In this document: piece by piece, positions 28,001 to 43,000 of the stretch
How positions within the stretch are numbered: position 1 is the first letter of the stretch
How the letters are laid out: every line of letters begins with the position of its first letter
NCBI RefSeq assembly: GCF_004010195.1
Contig: NC_057720.1
Span: 12,348,183 to 12,400,402 of the forward strand
DNA: 52,220 nucleotides
DNA from: Chiloscyllium plagiosum
Lineage: Eukaryota
Reading direction: 5' to 3'
Notes under the pieces: generated by a model
Told to the model about the DNA's origin: nothing
The model's input: the letters and a program-made list of their open reading frames with translations, nothing else
Databases searched by the model: none
Translations under genes and position numbers: made by a program

Positions 28001-31000
28001 TCTCATATTCACACTTTATGAGACAGACGCAACAGTCCACCAATACAGTTTAGCTCATTTCTAAAAAGCTTTCTCCTATATCCTCTGTACAATTTCTAAT
28101 GATCAGCAAAAAGCTGTGCTGACAAATCAGCACAGAAAGCGGCACACTAACCAGGAACCAAAATCACATCCATATTTCTCCATTAAATCTCGTTCCTTCT
28201 GGTTAGGAGAGCAGTTTAACTATTGTAGTTTGCAAAGAACTCTGAATTAATGTCTCCTATGGCTGTTAATTGTGACAGAATTCAAGGGTTATGGGGGGCA
28301 GAGAGGAAAGTGAAATGAAGACTACAATCAGATCAACCTTGACCTTACTGAATAGTAGAACAGAGTCAAAGAGCTGAGTGGCCAAATGCTGGTCCTAAGT
28401 TGAATGTTTTAATTCTGTAGTTCAATCAAAGTTTGTGTAAAGGAGAAACACTGCCCTACTTAGAAAATATGTTTGCAAATGTACTCATGCACAAAAACTG
28501 CTCAAACTAGAATAAAAGCCATTCAGTGTCTTATATTTTGTAAAGTCAAGTTAACGTTCTCAGACTAATAGAAGAAAATGAAGTTTAAACCACTTCGCAT
28601 GCCAGAAGACGACAATATCAAATGACATGACCCCATTAAATCATGTAATACACACATGTCAACATGGCACCAATTCTTAAAAAATTAAGCAAAAATGTGG
28701 ATGGTGACTTCATTATTTTGCATGTGTATTACCTATCAATATCGCAACACCAAATAAACCTCTTCTCATTTCCACCTCCTTATAAATCAGGACTGTGCAA
28801 GATCTGTTTTTAATTATACACAAGAAGCTGTTTTCTACCTTTGAAAAAAAGTGCTCCCTCCTTGCTCACGTTCAGATTTGCTGAATAATTATTTCAAAAC
28901 ATTTGAAAATTGTTACAACTTTCAGGTCAAGTGTCATGAAGAGTTCCCTCAAGGTCAAAGTTGAAATGCCGCTTAGCAAAACGAAAAACCTGCAACATTT
29001 TGCACCATTCCTGAAACTGACCTGAAAAAGCTCTAGAGTGAAGAATGAACAAACAGCCATTATGACATGGAAGAACATGAGAGTTCTACTTTGCTCTATT
29101 CTCGAACTGACCTAAAACAATCTTTAAAATGAGAATTAAACAGGGGCTATTGTCGCATTGAACAAAGAAAAAGTCAGCCTTTGTTCAGAGATTTCTGAAT
29201 AATTTTTCTTTGAAAACATTAAACAGGACATGAAATTGCATTTTCATGTACTTAAGCAAAGTAAAATGCCCGCAGCATGTATCTATCATTTTGAGCTGGT
29301 GCTACCAAGATATTCTGTTTCTCTCATTTTTATCAAACTCTTTAGAGCTATTATAGCTCATACCACAAAAGAAGCACTTATTATCATACAATGAGTTTGA
29401 ACCGTTATATGTTAACTACTATGTATCCAACTTATCTTTTATTTCTTCAGAAGAAATTCCTCCTGGTGTATGAAATAGTCCCTCATACTGGAAGGTCTAG
29501 TTCTAGATTCACGCCACAGGGCAAACAAACTCTGCACCTACCCTGTCAAGCCTAATGATCTTAAACATTTCAAGAAAATCACCTCACATATTTCGAAACA
29601 CCAATAGGTACAAGCCCAACATACTCAACTGCTTCTCATAAGAAAATTCAGCCATGCCCAGGACTAATTCAATTTGATGCTACACAAACTTCCACGGTTA
29701 ACCCTACCAAGAATCCTTTTTCCTGACCAGGGTATATATTTTTCTTGAGTCGTGTGCCTGCCATTGTCTTTTCTGCTTAGGTTCTTTCACACATCACTCC
29801 AGCAAACTCTACTCATCCCGTATTTAGGTTAAGACTGTTATTTCCCTCCCTAGTATCTCATTCTGAAACTCAACACTAAATTCTACCATGTTCTGATCAT
29901 TGAACCCTAGAAGATCTCTTGCACTCAAACCAACTTATTAAACCTGCCTTATTACATATTAGCAGCTCCAAAATAGTTTAACACTTGGTTGAATCCGAGA
30001 CAATCTCAGAAACTGTGCCAAAAACATACTGTGTTTTTTTTTCCCCAGGGACTACTTCTGCCAATTTGATTTTCCCGATCCATATGAAGATTGAAGTCAC
30101 CCATGATATCCTTTTAGCATGGCCTCATTATCTCCTGATTCTCTGTCCAAGAGTATAGCTACTGTTACAGGGCTTATGGTCTATCAAAGGTCTCTTCTTC
30201 CCCATTGTTATTTATAACCTCCAGCCGTATGGATTCCAAATCATCTGACCCAAGAATAGTTTGTGGATTCTGGGTAATCCAAGATGGAGGACGGGAACAA
30301 TTTCTGGCTGTAACACGCTGCTATTTTTGGAGGTATTTTAGGTGTTGGGAGGTGGTTTCTTCAAATTCCAGGAGCAGCAATTACTATTTTACATGCTGTT
30401 GCATTGTTTTGGAACTCTGGAGGAAAAACAAAGTCAAAACAACAGTGCTTTTAAAAGGGAGAGAAACAGACAAAGGCAACATATGGTGAGGTCAGTGCAG
30501 GAGAGAAAGAAAGAAACCTACACTGCTAGCTGACACAGTGAACCTGCGCAGTACTGCCTTTGCTGTTGAATTCATGTATCGCTGGACATCAGAGTGTGCC
30601 TGGGAAAATTAACAAATAGTGAAATTCACAACTGATCTTGGAGGAACCTGTTTGAGAAAGGTCACAGCAGAGAGACAGGTAAGTGAATATTTTCAGGTGT
30701 GGCCTGGGGAGTCTGCAATAGTGAATAGAGTGGGTTCTTTCTTGATTATATGTTTTATTGAGATATGTCGCTTGATTAAACTTAATATAAGCCAAATGTA
30801 TTAAGTTAGTCTGGAGCAGTATTTTATATAGGAATAAGATGGGGCTATTTTCTAGGTCTGCGGATTATTGTCAGATGCGAGAGCTTAGAGAGAATTTACA
30901 TGTTACTAAGGATTATATCTGCAATAAATGCTGTTGGCTGCGAATCCTATCAGATCCAAAGGAACGGTTGGAACAACAGTTAGAGGGCAACAAGGAACAT

Positions 31001-34000
31001 TCAAGAGCAAGGGGGTGTGATAGATAGCAGTTATAGAAGGCAGAAAAGTCGCAGATACAGTTACACAGATGGGTTAACTCTAGGAAAGGTAAGAGGGGAA
31101 GACAGGTAGCGCAGGAGTCGTCTGTGGCTATCCCCCTTTCAAACAAGCATGCTGTCTAGGAAAATGTAGAGGGTGATGGATTCTCAGGGGAAAGTACCAC
31201 GAACAGCCAAGTTTCTGGTATACAGACGGGCTCTAATGCAATGAGGGGTATGTCGGGTTCCAAGAGATCGATTGTGTCAAGGGACTCTCTAGTCCGAAGC
31301 ACAAACAGGCACTTCTATGGTCAGCAGCAAAAACTCAATGGTGTGTTGCTTCCCTGGTGCCAGGATCAAGGATGTCTCAGAGAGCCAGCAGGAGGTCATT
31401 GGTTCCAATGTGTACAATGACATAGGAAGGGAAAAGGTTGAGATTCTCAAGGGAGAATACAGTGAGTTAGGCAGGAATTTAAAAAGGAGGTCCTCGAGGG
31501 TAGTAGTATCTGGATTACTGCCGGTTCTAAGAGCTAGTGAGGGCAGGAATAGGAGGCTAGAGCAGATGAATGCATGGCTGAGGAGCTAGTGTATGGGAGA
31601 AGGATTCACATTTTTGGATCATTGGAATCTCTTCTGTACAAGGACACATTGCACCTAAATTGGAAGGGACTAATTTACTGACAGGGAGATTTGCTCAAGC
31701 TGCTCGGGAGAATTTAAACTAGCATGATGGGAGTGTGGGTCCCAGGGAATTAGTGAGGAAAGAGATCAATCTGAGTCTGGTACAGTTGAGAAAAGCAGCC
31801 ACACAGTCAGGGCAGAGAGGGACAAAGCAGAGAACAATGTAGGACTGATAAATTAAACTGCATTTATTTCAAAGCAAGGGGCCTAACAGGGAAGGAAGAT
31901 AAACTCAGGACAGGGTATTCCCAGAAATACATCCAAGGAATTATTTGAGTGAAACTGAGAAATACGAAAGGGATGATCACCTTACTGGGATTGTATTATA
32001 GACCCCCGAAATGTCAATGGGAAATTCAGAAACAAATTTGTAAAAAGATCTCAGTTACCTGCAAGAATAATAGGGTGTCATGGTAGGGGATTTTAACTTT
32101 CCAAATATAGGCTGGGACTGCTATAGAGTTAAGGGTTTAGATGGAGAGGAATTTGTTAAGCATGTACAAGAAAATGTTCTGATTCAGTCTGTGGATGCAT
32201 CGATGACCAAAGATGCAAAACTTGACCTACTCTTGGGAAATAAGGCAGAGCAGGTGACTGAGGAGTCAGTGGAAGAGCACTTTTGGGCCAGGGACCATTC
32301 TATTAGTTTTAAAATAGTGATGGAAAAAGATAGAACAGATCTAAAAGTTGAAGTTCTAAATTGGAGAAAGGCCAATTTTGACGGTATCAGGCAAGAACAT
32401 TCAAAAGCTGACTGGGGACAGATGTTCACAGGTAAAGGGATGGCTGGAAAATGGGAAGCCTTCAGAAATAAGACAACACGAGTGCAGAGACAATATATTC
32501 CTGTTAGGGTGAAAGGAAAAGCTGGTAGGTATAGAGAATGCTGGATGACTAAAGAGGGTTGGGTTAAGAAAAAGGGAGAAGCACATGTCAGGTAAAGACA
32601 GGATAGATCAAGTGAATCCTTAAATGTGTATAAAGGCATTACAAGTATACTTAAGAGGGAAATCAGGAGGGCTAAAAGGGAACATGAAATAGTTTTGGCA
32701 AATAGGGTTAAGAAGAATCCAGAGTCTTTCCAAATACATTAAGAACAAAAGGGTAACTAGGGAGCAAATACAGCCCCTTAAAAATCAGCAAGGCTGCCTT
32801 TGTGTGGAACTGCAGGAGACGGGGGAGATACTAAAAGAGTATTTACTGTGGAAAAGGACGTGGAACATATAGAATCTAGGGAAATAGATGGTGACACCTT
32901 GCAAAATGTCCATATTACAGAGAAGGAAATGCTGGATGTCTTGAAACGTATAAAAGTGGATAAATTCCCAGGACTTGATCAGTGTACCCGAGAACTCTAT
33001 TATCGATAGTCACAGTTGACACGCTGGAAGACTGAAGGATGGCTAACACGGTGTCACTATTTAAGAAAGGTGGTAAGGACAAGCCAGGGAACTACAGACC
33101 AGTGAGCCTGACGTCGGTGGTGGGCAAGTTGTTGGAGGGAATCCTGAGGGACAGGATGTCCATGTATTTGAAAGGCAAGGGACTGATTCGGGACAGTCCT
33201 TTGTGCGTGGGAAATCATGTCTCACAAGCGTGATTGAGTTTTTTGAAGAGGTAACTAAGAAGATTGATGAGGGCAGAGAAGTAGATGTGATCTATATGGA
33301 CTTTAGTAAGGTGTTCGACAAGGTTCCCCATGGGTTAGATCTCATGGAATACTGGAAGAACTAACCATTTCGTTACAGAACTGGCTCAAAGTTAGAAGAC
33401 AGAGGGTTGTGGTGGAGGGTTGTTATTCAGACTGGAGGCCTGTGACCAGTGGAGTGCCACAAGGATCAGTGCTGGGTCCTCTACTTTTTGCCATTTACAT
33501 AAATGATTTGGATGCGAGCATAAGAGGTACAATTAGTAAGTATGCAGATGACACCAAAATTGGAGGTGTAGTGGACAGTGAAGAGGGTTACCTCAGATTA
33601 CAATGGGATCTTGATCAGATGGGCCAATGGACTGAGAAGTGGCAGATGGAATTCAATTTAGCTAAATGCGAGGTGCTTCATTTTGGGAAAGCAAATCTTA
33701 GCATGACTTATACACTTAATGGTAAGGTCCTAGGTAGTGTTGCTGAACAAAGAGACCTTGGAGTGCAGGTTCATAGCTCCTTGAAAGTGGAGTCACAGGT
33801 AGATAGGATAGTGAATGTGGCGTTTGGTATGCTTTCCTTTATGGTCCAGAGTATTGAGTACAGGAGTTGGGAGGTCATGTTGCGACTGTACAGGTCATTG
33901 GTTAGGCCACTACTGGAATATTGCGTGTAATTCTGGTCTCCTTCCTATCAGAAAGATGTTTTGAAACGTGAAAGGGTTCAGAAAAGATTTACAAGGATGT

Positions 34001-37000
34001 TGCCAGGATTGGAGGATTTGAGCTATAGAGAGAGGTTGAACAGGCTGGGGTTGTTTTCCCTGGAGCGTCGGAGGCTGAGGGGTGACCTTATAGAGGTTTA
34101 CAAAATTATGAGGGGCGTGGATAGGATGAATAAACAGTCTTTTCCCTGGGATCGGGGAGTCCAGAATTAGAGGGCATAGGTTTAGGGTGAGAGGGGAAAG
34201 ATATAAAAGAGACCTAAGGGGCAACTTTTTCACACAGAGGGTGGTACGNNNNNNNNNNNNNNNNNNNNNNNNNNNNNNNNNNNNNNNNNNNNNNNNNNNN
34301 NNNNNNNNNNNNNNNNNNNNNNNNNNNNNNNNNNNNNNNNNNNNNNNNNNNNNNNNNNNNNNNNNNNNNNNNNNNNNNNNNNNNNNNNNNNNNNNTTATT
34401 GGTCAGAGTATTGAGTACAGGAGTTGGGAGGTCATGTTACGGCTGTACAGGACATTGATTTGGTCACTTTTGGAACATTGCGTGCAATTCTGGTCTCCAT
34501 CCTTTGGAAGGATGTTGTGAAACTTGAAAGGGTTCAGAAATGATTTACAATGGTGTTGCCGGAGTTGTAGGATTTGAGCTATAGGGAGAGGTTGAATAGA
34601 CTGGGGCTGTTTTCCCTGGAGTGTCAGAGGCTGAGGGGTGACCTTCTAGTTGTTTATAAAATGAGAGGCATGGATAGGATAAATTGACAAGGTCCTTTCC
34701 CTGGAGGAGTCCAGAAGTAAAGGGCATAAGTTTAGGGCAAGAGATGCAAGATTTAAGAGACCTAACAGGCAACTTTTTCACCCAGAGGGAGGTACGTGTA
34801 TGGAATGAGCTGCCAGAGGAAGTGGTGGAGGCTAGCACAATTGCAACATTTAAAAGGCATCTGGATGGATATATGAATAGGAAGGGTTTTGGAGGGATAT
34901 GGGCCGCTGCTGGCAGGTGGGACTAAATTGGGTTGGAATATCTGGTCGGCGTCGACGAGTTGGACTGAAGGGTCTGTTTCTGTGCTGTATATCTCTATGA
35001 CTCTATCATATGTATTTAAATCATTATGAATAAAGTATGCCCAGCTCCCTTTTCTCTCTGGCTGTCTTTCTGAAAATTCACATATCCTGAAAATTATTTC
35101 CCAGATCTGATCTCCTTGTAACCATGTCTCCCTGTTGGCTACAAACTGATATCCATTAACCACTACTTGTGCCAGGAAGTTATTTGTTCTGCAAATGAAC
35201 ATTTCAGTAAGGAGCCTTTGACTTTGCCCTTTTTTCATCTTTTTTTTAAAAAGAGGTTTGTAAGCTAACATAAATGTATCCATACTTTATGCATAATAAG
35301 TAAATTCTGAGAACGCACCTCCATCTTCCAGCGGCCTTTTCTGTCCGCCATATCCATAGTCTGATGTATTTACTGTGGTAGCTGTGTCCCCACCAATTTT
35401 TGCTGCAATCTGTGGAAAAAACATAACTGCAAAGTTGTATTTTTAGGTCATAAGTATACAAAATCCTCCAGTCCCTACCTCACACCACAGCTCTGCAGAA
35501 ATTCCAAAACAAAGCAACTTGTTTGTTCTATTTCAATGAAACTGGCTCAGGATTATGCGATAAAAAAGTGGACACTGCCAATGACACACTCACTCCACAA
35601 ATAAAAATGTTGAGCTGCAGGGGTAGGAGGAAATGGGGGAAAAGAAAATATTAAATGGATAAGAAGGAATTTATCCCTTTCATTTTTACCTTACTTCTGA
35701 TGTTACTTGTACTCAAAGCTAAACAATTAATAATGGACATTTCTCACAGCACAGTTTTAATTTCAAAAATTTCAGAAATTGCTAGAACTCAGGAAGTCTG
35801 ACAGCATCTGTGGAGAGGAAACAGTTAATGCTTCTGGTCCCTTCCTGCTTTGAAGAAGAATCGCTGGTGCCAAAATGGCAATTTCCAACAATTTCTGATC
35901 TCGAGCATCCACAGTTCTTGGATTTTGTGCTTCAATTTCTGATGCTCGGTACCTGAGAACCCCTGTAAATGATGAAATTCGCACGTGCAGAGCCTACTTA
36001 AAAACAGGTTAAAAATTGCGGATATTCAATTTGGGTCCATGGATATTAATTTTAGTCGTTAGCTTACTTTTTGTCATGGATAACAAATTTGTAATTTGTG
36101 ATTTTGAGAATAAAGTGGATTTACTGTTATATGCACGATTATTCAAGGTTTGCGTGAAGATTTGTACCTCGGGTGCAAGTCGTCATAGTTGTGGGTATGT
36201 TCGCTGAGCTGGGAAGTTGATTTGCATAAGTTTCGTCCCCTTTCTAGGTGAAACCTTCGGTGCTTTGGAGCCTGCTGCATACCCACAACTACAGCAATTC
36301 ATGATAATTGTTAGGAATATCCAAAGGCACTGGCAATTGCTATGGGACAGAACAATCCACTTTGATTAAGATATGAGGCAGAAATCCATGTTCTAAAATT
36401 GATGGTCTTTGCTTTTGATCTGGCTAAAGAAATCTTACTGACCATAGTCTGATACTTCAATGGAGATTTAATGCAGACATTAACTGAGACATTGGATGGT
36501 ATTCCTTAATTTCTACTAACAATTTTGAAGACATTTACATATCCATTTTTGGACAAATACTTACATTCTACACAATAATTCTAATGCATCATCAAAATGT
36601 TCAGAATAGGACATATTCTCAGAATAGTAGGAAAGGTGTATATTGAAAAACTACTTCAGAACAGTCACATCAGACATGAAACGTTAAGTCTATTTCTCTC
36701 TATAAATTCTACGGGACTTGCTGAGTACCTCAAACATTTTCTGTTTTTATCACAGAACCATAGCAACTCCCAACAGACTAACGCTATCAGTGTTTCTCCT
36801 CAAAATCCGCAACTCTGAAAATCAAACTAATGGCTTTTCTTGACTCTTCAGTACCATATCACTAAACTGTACTACAAAATATATACAGGACATAGAACAT
36901 TGAATACAGTGGGGAACAGGCCCTTTGGCCCTCGATGCTCCGTCAATCTGTGAACAAATCTGAGCCCATCACCCTACACTATCCCATCATCCATACGCTT

Positions 37001-40000
37001 AACCAAACTGTTTAAATGCCCCTAGTGTGGCTGAGTAGACTACATTGATAGACAGTGCATTCCACACCCTTACCACTCTGAGCAATGAGCCTGCCCCTGA
37101 CATCTATCAACCCCTCAATTTGCAGCAATGTCCCCTCGTACAAGCAGATGTCATCATTCTTGGAAAAAGACTCACCATCCCACCCTATTTAATGCTTTGA
37201 TCACCTCTTAAGTCTCTATTAAATCCCCTCTTAGCTGCCTTCTCTCCATGAGAACAGACCCAAGTCCCTTAGCCTTTCCTCATAAGACCTTCGTTCCAGA
37301 CCAGGCAACATCCTGGTAAATCTCCTCTGCACCTTTTCCAATGCTTCCACATCCTTTTTGTAATGTCATGTCCCCTCTTTGTTCTTCTTAACTCTCTTGA
37401 AATCCTTCCTAGCTACGCTAACACTCCATCGCCTTATCTGATCCATCTCGCTTCAATGTCACATAAGCCTCCCTCTTCTGCTTAACAAGAATTACAATTT
37501 CTTAAGTCAACCACGGTTCCCTAATCACTTCCTCCCTGCCTGACAGGGACATACCTATCAAAGACACACAATATCTGTTCCTTAAACCAGGCTCCACATT
37601 TCGACTGTCCCATCTCCTGCATTTTGCTGCCCACTTCTCGGCCTCTTAAGTCTTGCCTAATCGCATTATAATTGCCCTTTCCCCACTGATAGTTCTTGCC
37701 ACGTGACATGTATCTACACCCCTTTCCATCACTAAACTACATAACCAAGTTATGGTTACTCTCTCCAAAGTGCTCTCCAAAGCACCTGGTCTGGCTCATC
37801 AAGTACCAGATCCAGTGTGGCCTCTTGACAGCCCTTTGACACACAGTCAAGAAACCCTCCTGCACACATTGGACTAAATCTGCTCCATCCGACATACTAG
37901 AGTTAGAGAATTTCCAGTCAATATTGGGGAAGTCAAAGCCCCCATTATGACCACCCTGTTCCTTTCACTGCTGCCCAGAATCAATTTGCCAATCCTCTCC
38001 TCCACATCTCTGGAAATTTGTGGAGGCCGATAAAAAAAACTCCCAGCAGCGTGACTCTTCCTCTCCTGTTTCTAACCTCAGCGCATACCACCTCAGTAGA
38101 CGAATCCTCATCAAACATTCTTTCAGCGAACCATTATACTGTCCTTGACTAACAAAGCCACACCCCCCTCTTTACCACCTTACCTGATCTTCATGAAAGA
38201 TCTAAATCCTGGAGCCTGCAATAGCCATTTCCTGACCTTGCACTATCCATGTCTCAGAAATGGCCACAACATCAAAGTCCCAGGTACATATCCATGCTGC
38301 AAGCTCACCTACCTTATTCCGGATACTCCTAGCATTGAAGCAGACACCCTTCACACCAGCTTGCTGTCTGCCAGCACAATCTTGTCCTTGTCTTCTCTAC
38401 TCTCATTCTGTGTACTGGAATTACAACACAGGTTCCCATTCCCCTGCTGAGCTAGTTTAAACCCACCCAAATAGTACTGGCAAATTTCCCATCCAGGATA
38501 TTAGTACCCCTCTGGTTCAAGTGAAGACCGTCCTGTTTATAGAGATCCCACCTTCCCCAGAATAAGCCCCAATTATCCATAAACCGGAAACCCTCCCTCC
38601 TGCACAATCCCTGCAGTCACATGTTCAGCTGATAGCTCTTCCTGTTCTTCACCTCACTATCACATGGCATGGGTAACAATCCAGAGGTAACAACTCTTTG
38701 TTTTTGCTCTCAGCTTCCACAGTAGCTCTCTGAAATCCTGCCTTACATCCCTATCCCTCATTCCACCTAACTCGTTGGTACCTTTGTGGAATAAGACTTG
38801 GGGCTGGTCACCCTCTCAATTCAAGACCCCAAAGACACAATCCAAGACATCACGGACCCTGGCACTTGGGAGGCAACACACCAACCGTGAGTCTCTTCCA
38901 TTCCCAACAAACCTCCTATCTGACCCTCTAACTATGGAGTCCCCAATGACTAACACTCTCCTCCTTTTCCCCCTTCCCTTCTGTGCAACAGGGACAGACT
39001 CTGTGCCAGAGACCTATTCCCCAGTGCATGCCCCGATAAGTCGTTCCTTCCAACAGTATCCAAAACGGGGAATTACCACAGGGGATCCCTGCACTGATTG
39101 TGTTTTCCCCCTTCTAACAGTTACCCAGCCTTCTTCATGTCTAGGAGTAACTAGACCCTGTAAATCTTATCTATCACAGACTCTGCCTCCCAAATGATCT
39201 GAAGTTCATCTAGCTCCCCAACGCGGTCTTGGAGAAGTGAGAGTTGGGTGCACTTCCCGCAGATGTACTTGGATGGGACAGTAATGGCGTCGCTCACTCC
39301 TACCATCATGCAGAAGGAACATTCCTCTCCCTGCACTGCCATTCCTGCTAGCGCCCTAATCAGAAAGTAAAAAACAGAGAAGCTTACATGATGTGGCCCT
39401 GGTGTATAAGGTTAGAGGTGGAGGATGGGTGGGAGGCCCTACAAGGGTTGGGTCTCGGGTTTAGAAAACACTCACTTATATAGCTGAGGGGGGAAAAAAA
39501 AAGTCCCTCCTTTCCCAGAAACCTCTGCTCTCCAAAGTGCTGTTGCTGCTTAAAGTTTTAAATCAGTGACTCACCTTTCCCAACAGACTCCTGGCTCATT
39601 ATGGGTTACAATTCTGTTTCTGCATTTCATCACCCAATGCCAGTAAATCACAAAAGCACATATCTAAACTTCAGCCTTCCACAGCATCAATTTGCTCAAA
39701 TTAAGCATTAAGTTTCAAACCAAGATATTGTCAAAGGATGCCATGGATTATGGAAACTTTAATCCATCCGTGTAGCTCGTGCACTGAAATTTAAGTCTGA
39801 CCCATGTTTAAAATTTACTCCCCACGGGAAACTTTGTATTCAAGCATTGTTTTCACCTGAGAACATTTTCAAAAAAAAGTCAGACTAGAACAGCTAACAT
39901 TTGTCCTTATTTTAAAAAACCAAATTCAGAAGCCTACTGTGTACATAGAGAGTTAAAGAGGATGAGAGAAGGCCAATGTGGAGTACCTGTATGGTGTCAG

Positions 40001-43000
40001 GCAATTTTAATATTCAAAAATGGTAATAGTAACATGTACTCAGTCGGCCTGGCTGTCTCTGTAGATTGAGCAACGGTCAACATTTCAGGCTTATGATTAG
40101 AACTGAAAAGTATCTCTCTGCACAGATCTAGTCTGACCCCTTGAATGTTTTCTATATTACTTGTTTTTAACTCAGTTCTCCAGCATCTTTTTTTCACATT
40201 TAGAATTCTAACACATTCTCGCCTTCTTTGACAGCTTATAGAAATGGCTTCTTTGGACATATAGTCAAGTAACTGTATTAAATCAAGAATATCAAAAATT
40301 CTCAACACAAAACTTACTGAAGGTACTGATATTTGGATTCACAGAATCTGATTAGATTAGATTAGATTCCCTGTAGTGGGGAAACAGGCCCTTTGGCCCA
40401 AAACGTCCAAACCTACCCTCCGAAGAGTAACCCAGCCAGGCCCATTTCCCTCTGACTAACGCACCTAACCTATGGGCAATTTAGCATGGCCAATTCACCT
40501 GAACTGCTTTGGACTGTGGCAGGAAACCGGAGCACCCAGAGGAAACCCACACAGACACAGGGAGAATGTACAAACTCCACACAGACAGTCACATGAGGCT
40601 GGAATCAAACCTGGGACCCTGGTGCTGTGAGGCAGCAGTGCTAACCACTGAGCAATGCCGCCCCAGAGTCTCAGAAACAGACCCTTCGGTCCAACTCGTT
40701 CATGTCGACCAAAGATACTAAACTAGTTCAGTCCCATTTCCCAGTACTTGGCCCATATCCCTCTAAACTCTTCATATTTATATGCCCATCCAGATGCCTT
40801 CTAATGCTGTAATTGGAGCAGCCTCCACCACTTCCTCTGGCAGCGCATTCCATACACGCACCACCCTCTGCGTGAAAGTTAGCCCCTTAGGTCCCTTTTA
40901 AATCTTTACCTTCTCACCCTAAACCTATGCCCTCTAGTTCTGGACTCCCCCACTCTAGGGAAAAATACCTTGTCTATTTATCCTATCCATGTCCCTCATT
41001 CTGTTATAAACCTCTATAAGGTCACCCTTCAGCCTCCGACGCTCCAGGCAAAACAGCCCCAACCTACTGAGCCTCTTTGTATAGCTCAAAACCTACAACC
41101 CATGGCAACGTCTTTGTAAATATTGTCTGAAACCTTTCAAGTTTGCCAACATCCTTCTGATTGGTAGGAGACCAGAATTGCATGCAATATTCCAAAAATG
41201 GCCCGACCAATGTCCATTAAACGCCATCTGCCACTCATATTGATGAAGATCAGATTGTACTGAGGTAACCTTCTTTGCTGTCCACTACACATCCAATATC
41301 GGTGTAATCTGCAAAATTATTAACTTATACCTCCTATGTTCACATCCAAATCATTTATATAAATAACAAAAAATGACTTACATTTTATTGTGGAGAAACT
41401 GTTAAGGCGTCAGTTTTTTGCACTGCAAATATCCACCTGCTCTTTTGTTATGTCAAAACATTTAGTCTCAGGCACGATGGTGACAGACTAGCTAATCATT
41501 GAACATTTAAGTGAATTTAAACCCACCTGAAAATACAGCTTTCAGATAAATCAAGTACAACTGGCTTTATCATAAAGTAAGGGGTTTCAATCTTGTCACA
41601 AACCTTTCAAGACTATTCTCAGTTGCTGAGTAACATGTCTTGGTTTAGAAGGATACCATGCACTTGACTCAAGAAGAGAGTGCAGCACTGAGGTAGATTA
41701 GAGTATACGGCAAATTTTCAGACCTTAGGGCCTTGGCAGCTGTAAACAGAGCCTTCACTCATGCAGTGAACATAACCAAAAATGCTAAGTCTAGAAATGA
41801 AAAACATGGGTTGCCGGACTGGAGGAGGTTACAGTGACAAACAGGGAGCAAGGGCACGGAGATATTTGAAGAGAGATTAGAATTTTAAGACAAAGGCGTC
41901 ACTTTTCCAGCAGGCAATATAGGGTCAGCAAACACATGGCTGATTGGTGAACAGGACTTTGTCAAGAGTTGGAATACAGGCAACTTCAAATTTGTGGAGA
42001 GCATAATTCGGGAAATTGGCCAGATATGTATAGAAATGTATAGTTATGTGTAGAGTCAACAAAGACATGGATGATTATTTCAGCAGATGAACAGAGTCAG
42101 ACAAAATGAAATAGATCAAATCAGAATCATTTTGTAACAACGACTAGATGCGGATAGAAGCTCATCTCAGGGTAAATGCAACAAGGTGAAGGTGGCTATT
42201 TAGACAAGAAACATGAGAGTGAGGGTGGGTGTTAGAGTGGGTGATGATTCAGTGAATGAGATTGAACCAGTCACACACCTCCTCGCTTCCCTAAAAAAAC
42301 CCATCTACAAAGAACCAGTTAGGAAGGAAGTGGAAAAATGTTAAGAGTTTTGTTCATGTCAGCAATCTGAAGCAATGGGAGGCAGTACCAACAAGCAAGC
42401 ACCGTTCATAATATCAGCCACCATGGGAACTGGGTGGTCAAGAATTCAGTGGGGGCAGGATTCAATGGGTAGGTTGAGGGGTTTACGCACAGGCTAAGCA
42501 CATTTTGGGCACAAAGGGAGATCAAAAACAAAACAGAGAAAGACATAACTTTGCAGTGAAACCATGAGACCCAAAAGGCTAGAGGGAGCAAAGCATTAGG
42601 CAATCATTTATCTTAACTAATTTTAACACAAGACATTAAAAGAGTGCATGGCCTCTTTTACTTGAAGAAGACAAGAATGGTTATGAGCAAAATTATGTAA
42701 ATTGGGGAATTTTATCACTGTGAACAGCTGCAAAAATGCTGGGGCTGTTGTATTTCAACTATCAGCCTCTCATGTCTTGGGTAGTTTCATTTGAAAAAAT
42801 TATATTTTTAAACAATAAAATGAAATCAAAGAACCAAAAGAAACAGGCTTCTAGTTATTGAGGTAGAAAGGGTGGTGAAGGCAGCCTTTGGTATGCTTTC
42901 CTTTGTTAGTCAGACTATAGAGTATAGGAGATGAGAGGTCATGTTGCGGCTGCCCAGAACTAGACGGCATAGGTTTAGGGTGAGACGGCAAAGATATAAA

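Noticed and set aside
30260..34248. Active autonomous LINE or domesticated reverse transcriptase
   Set aside because: ORF1 and ORF2 are broken by many stops, frameshifts and deletions
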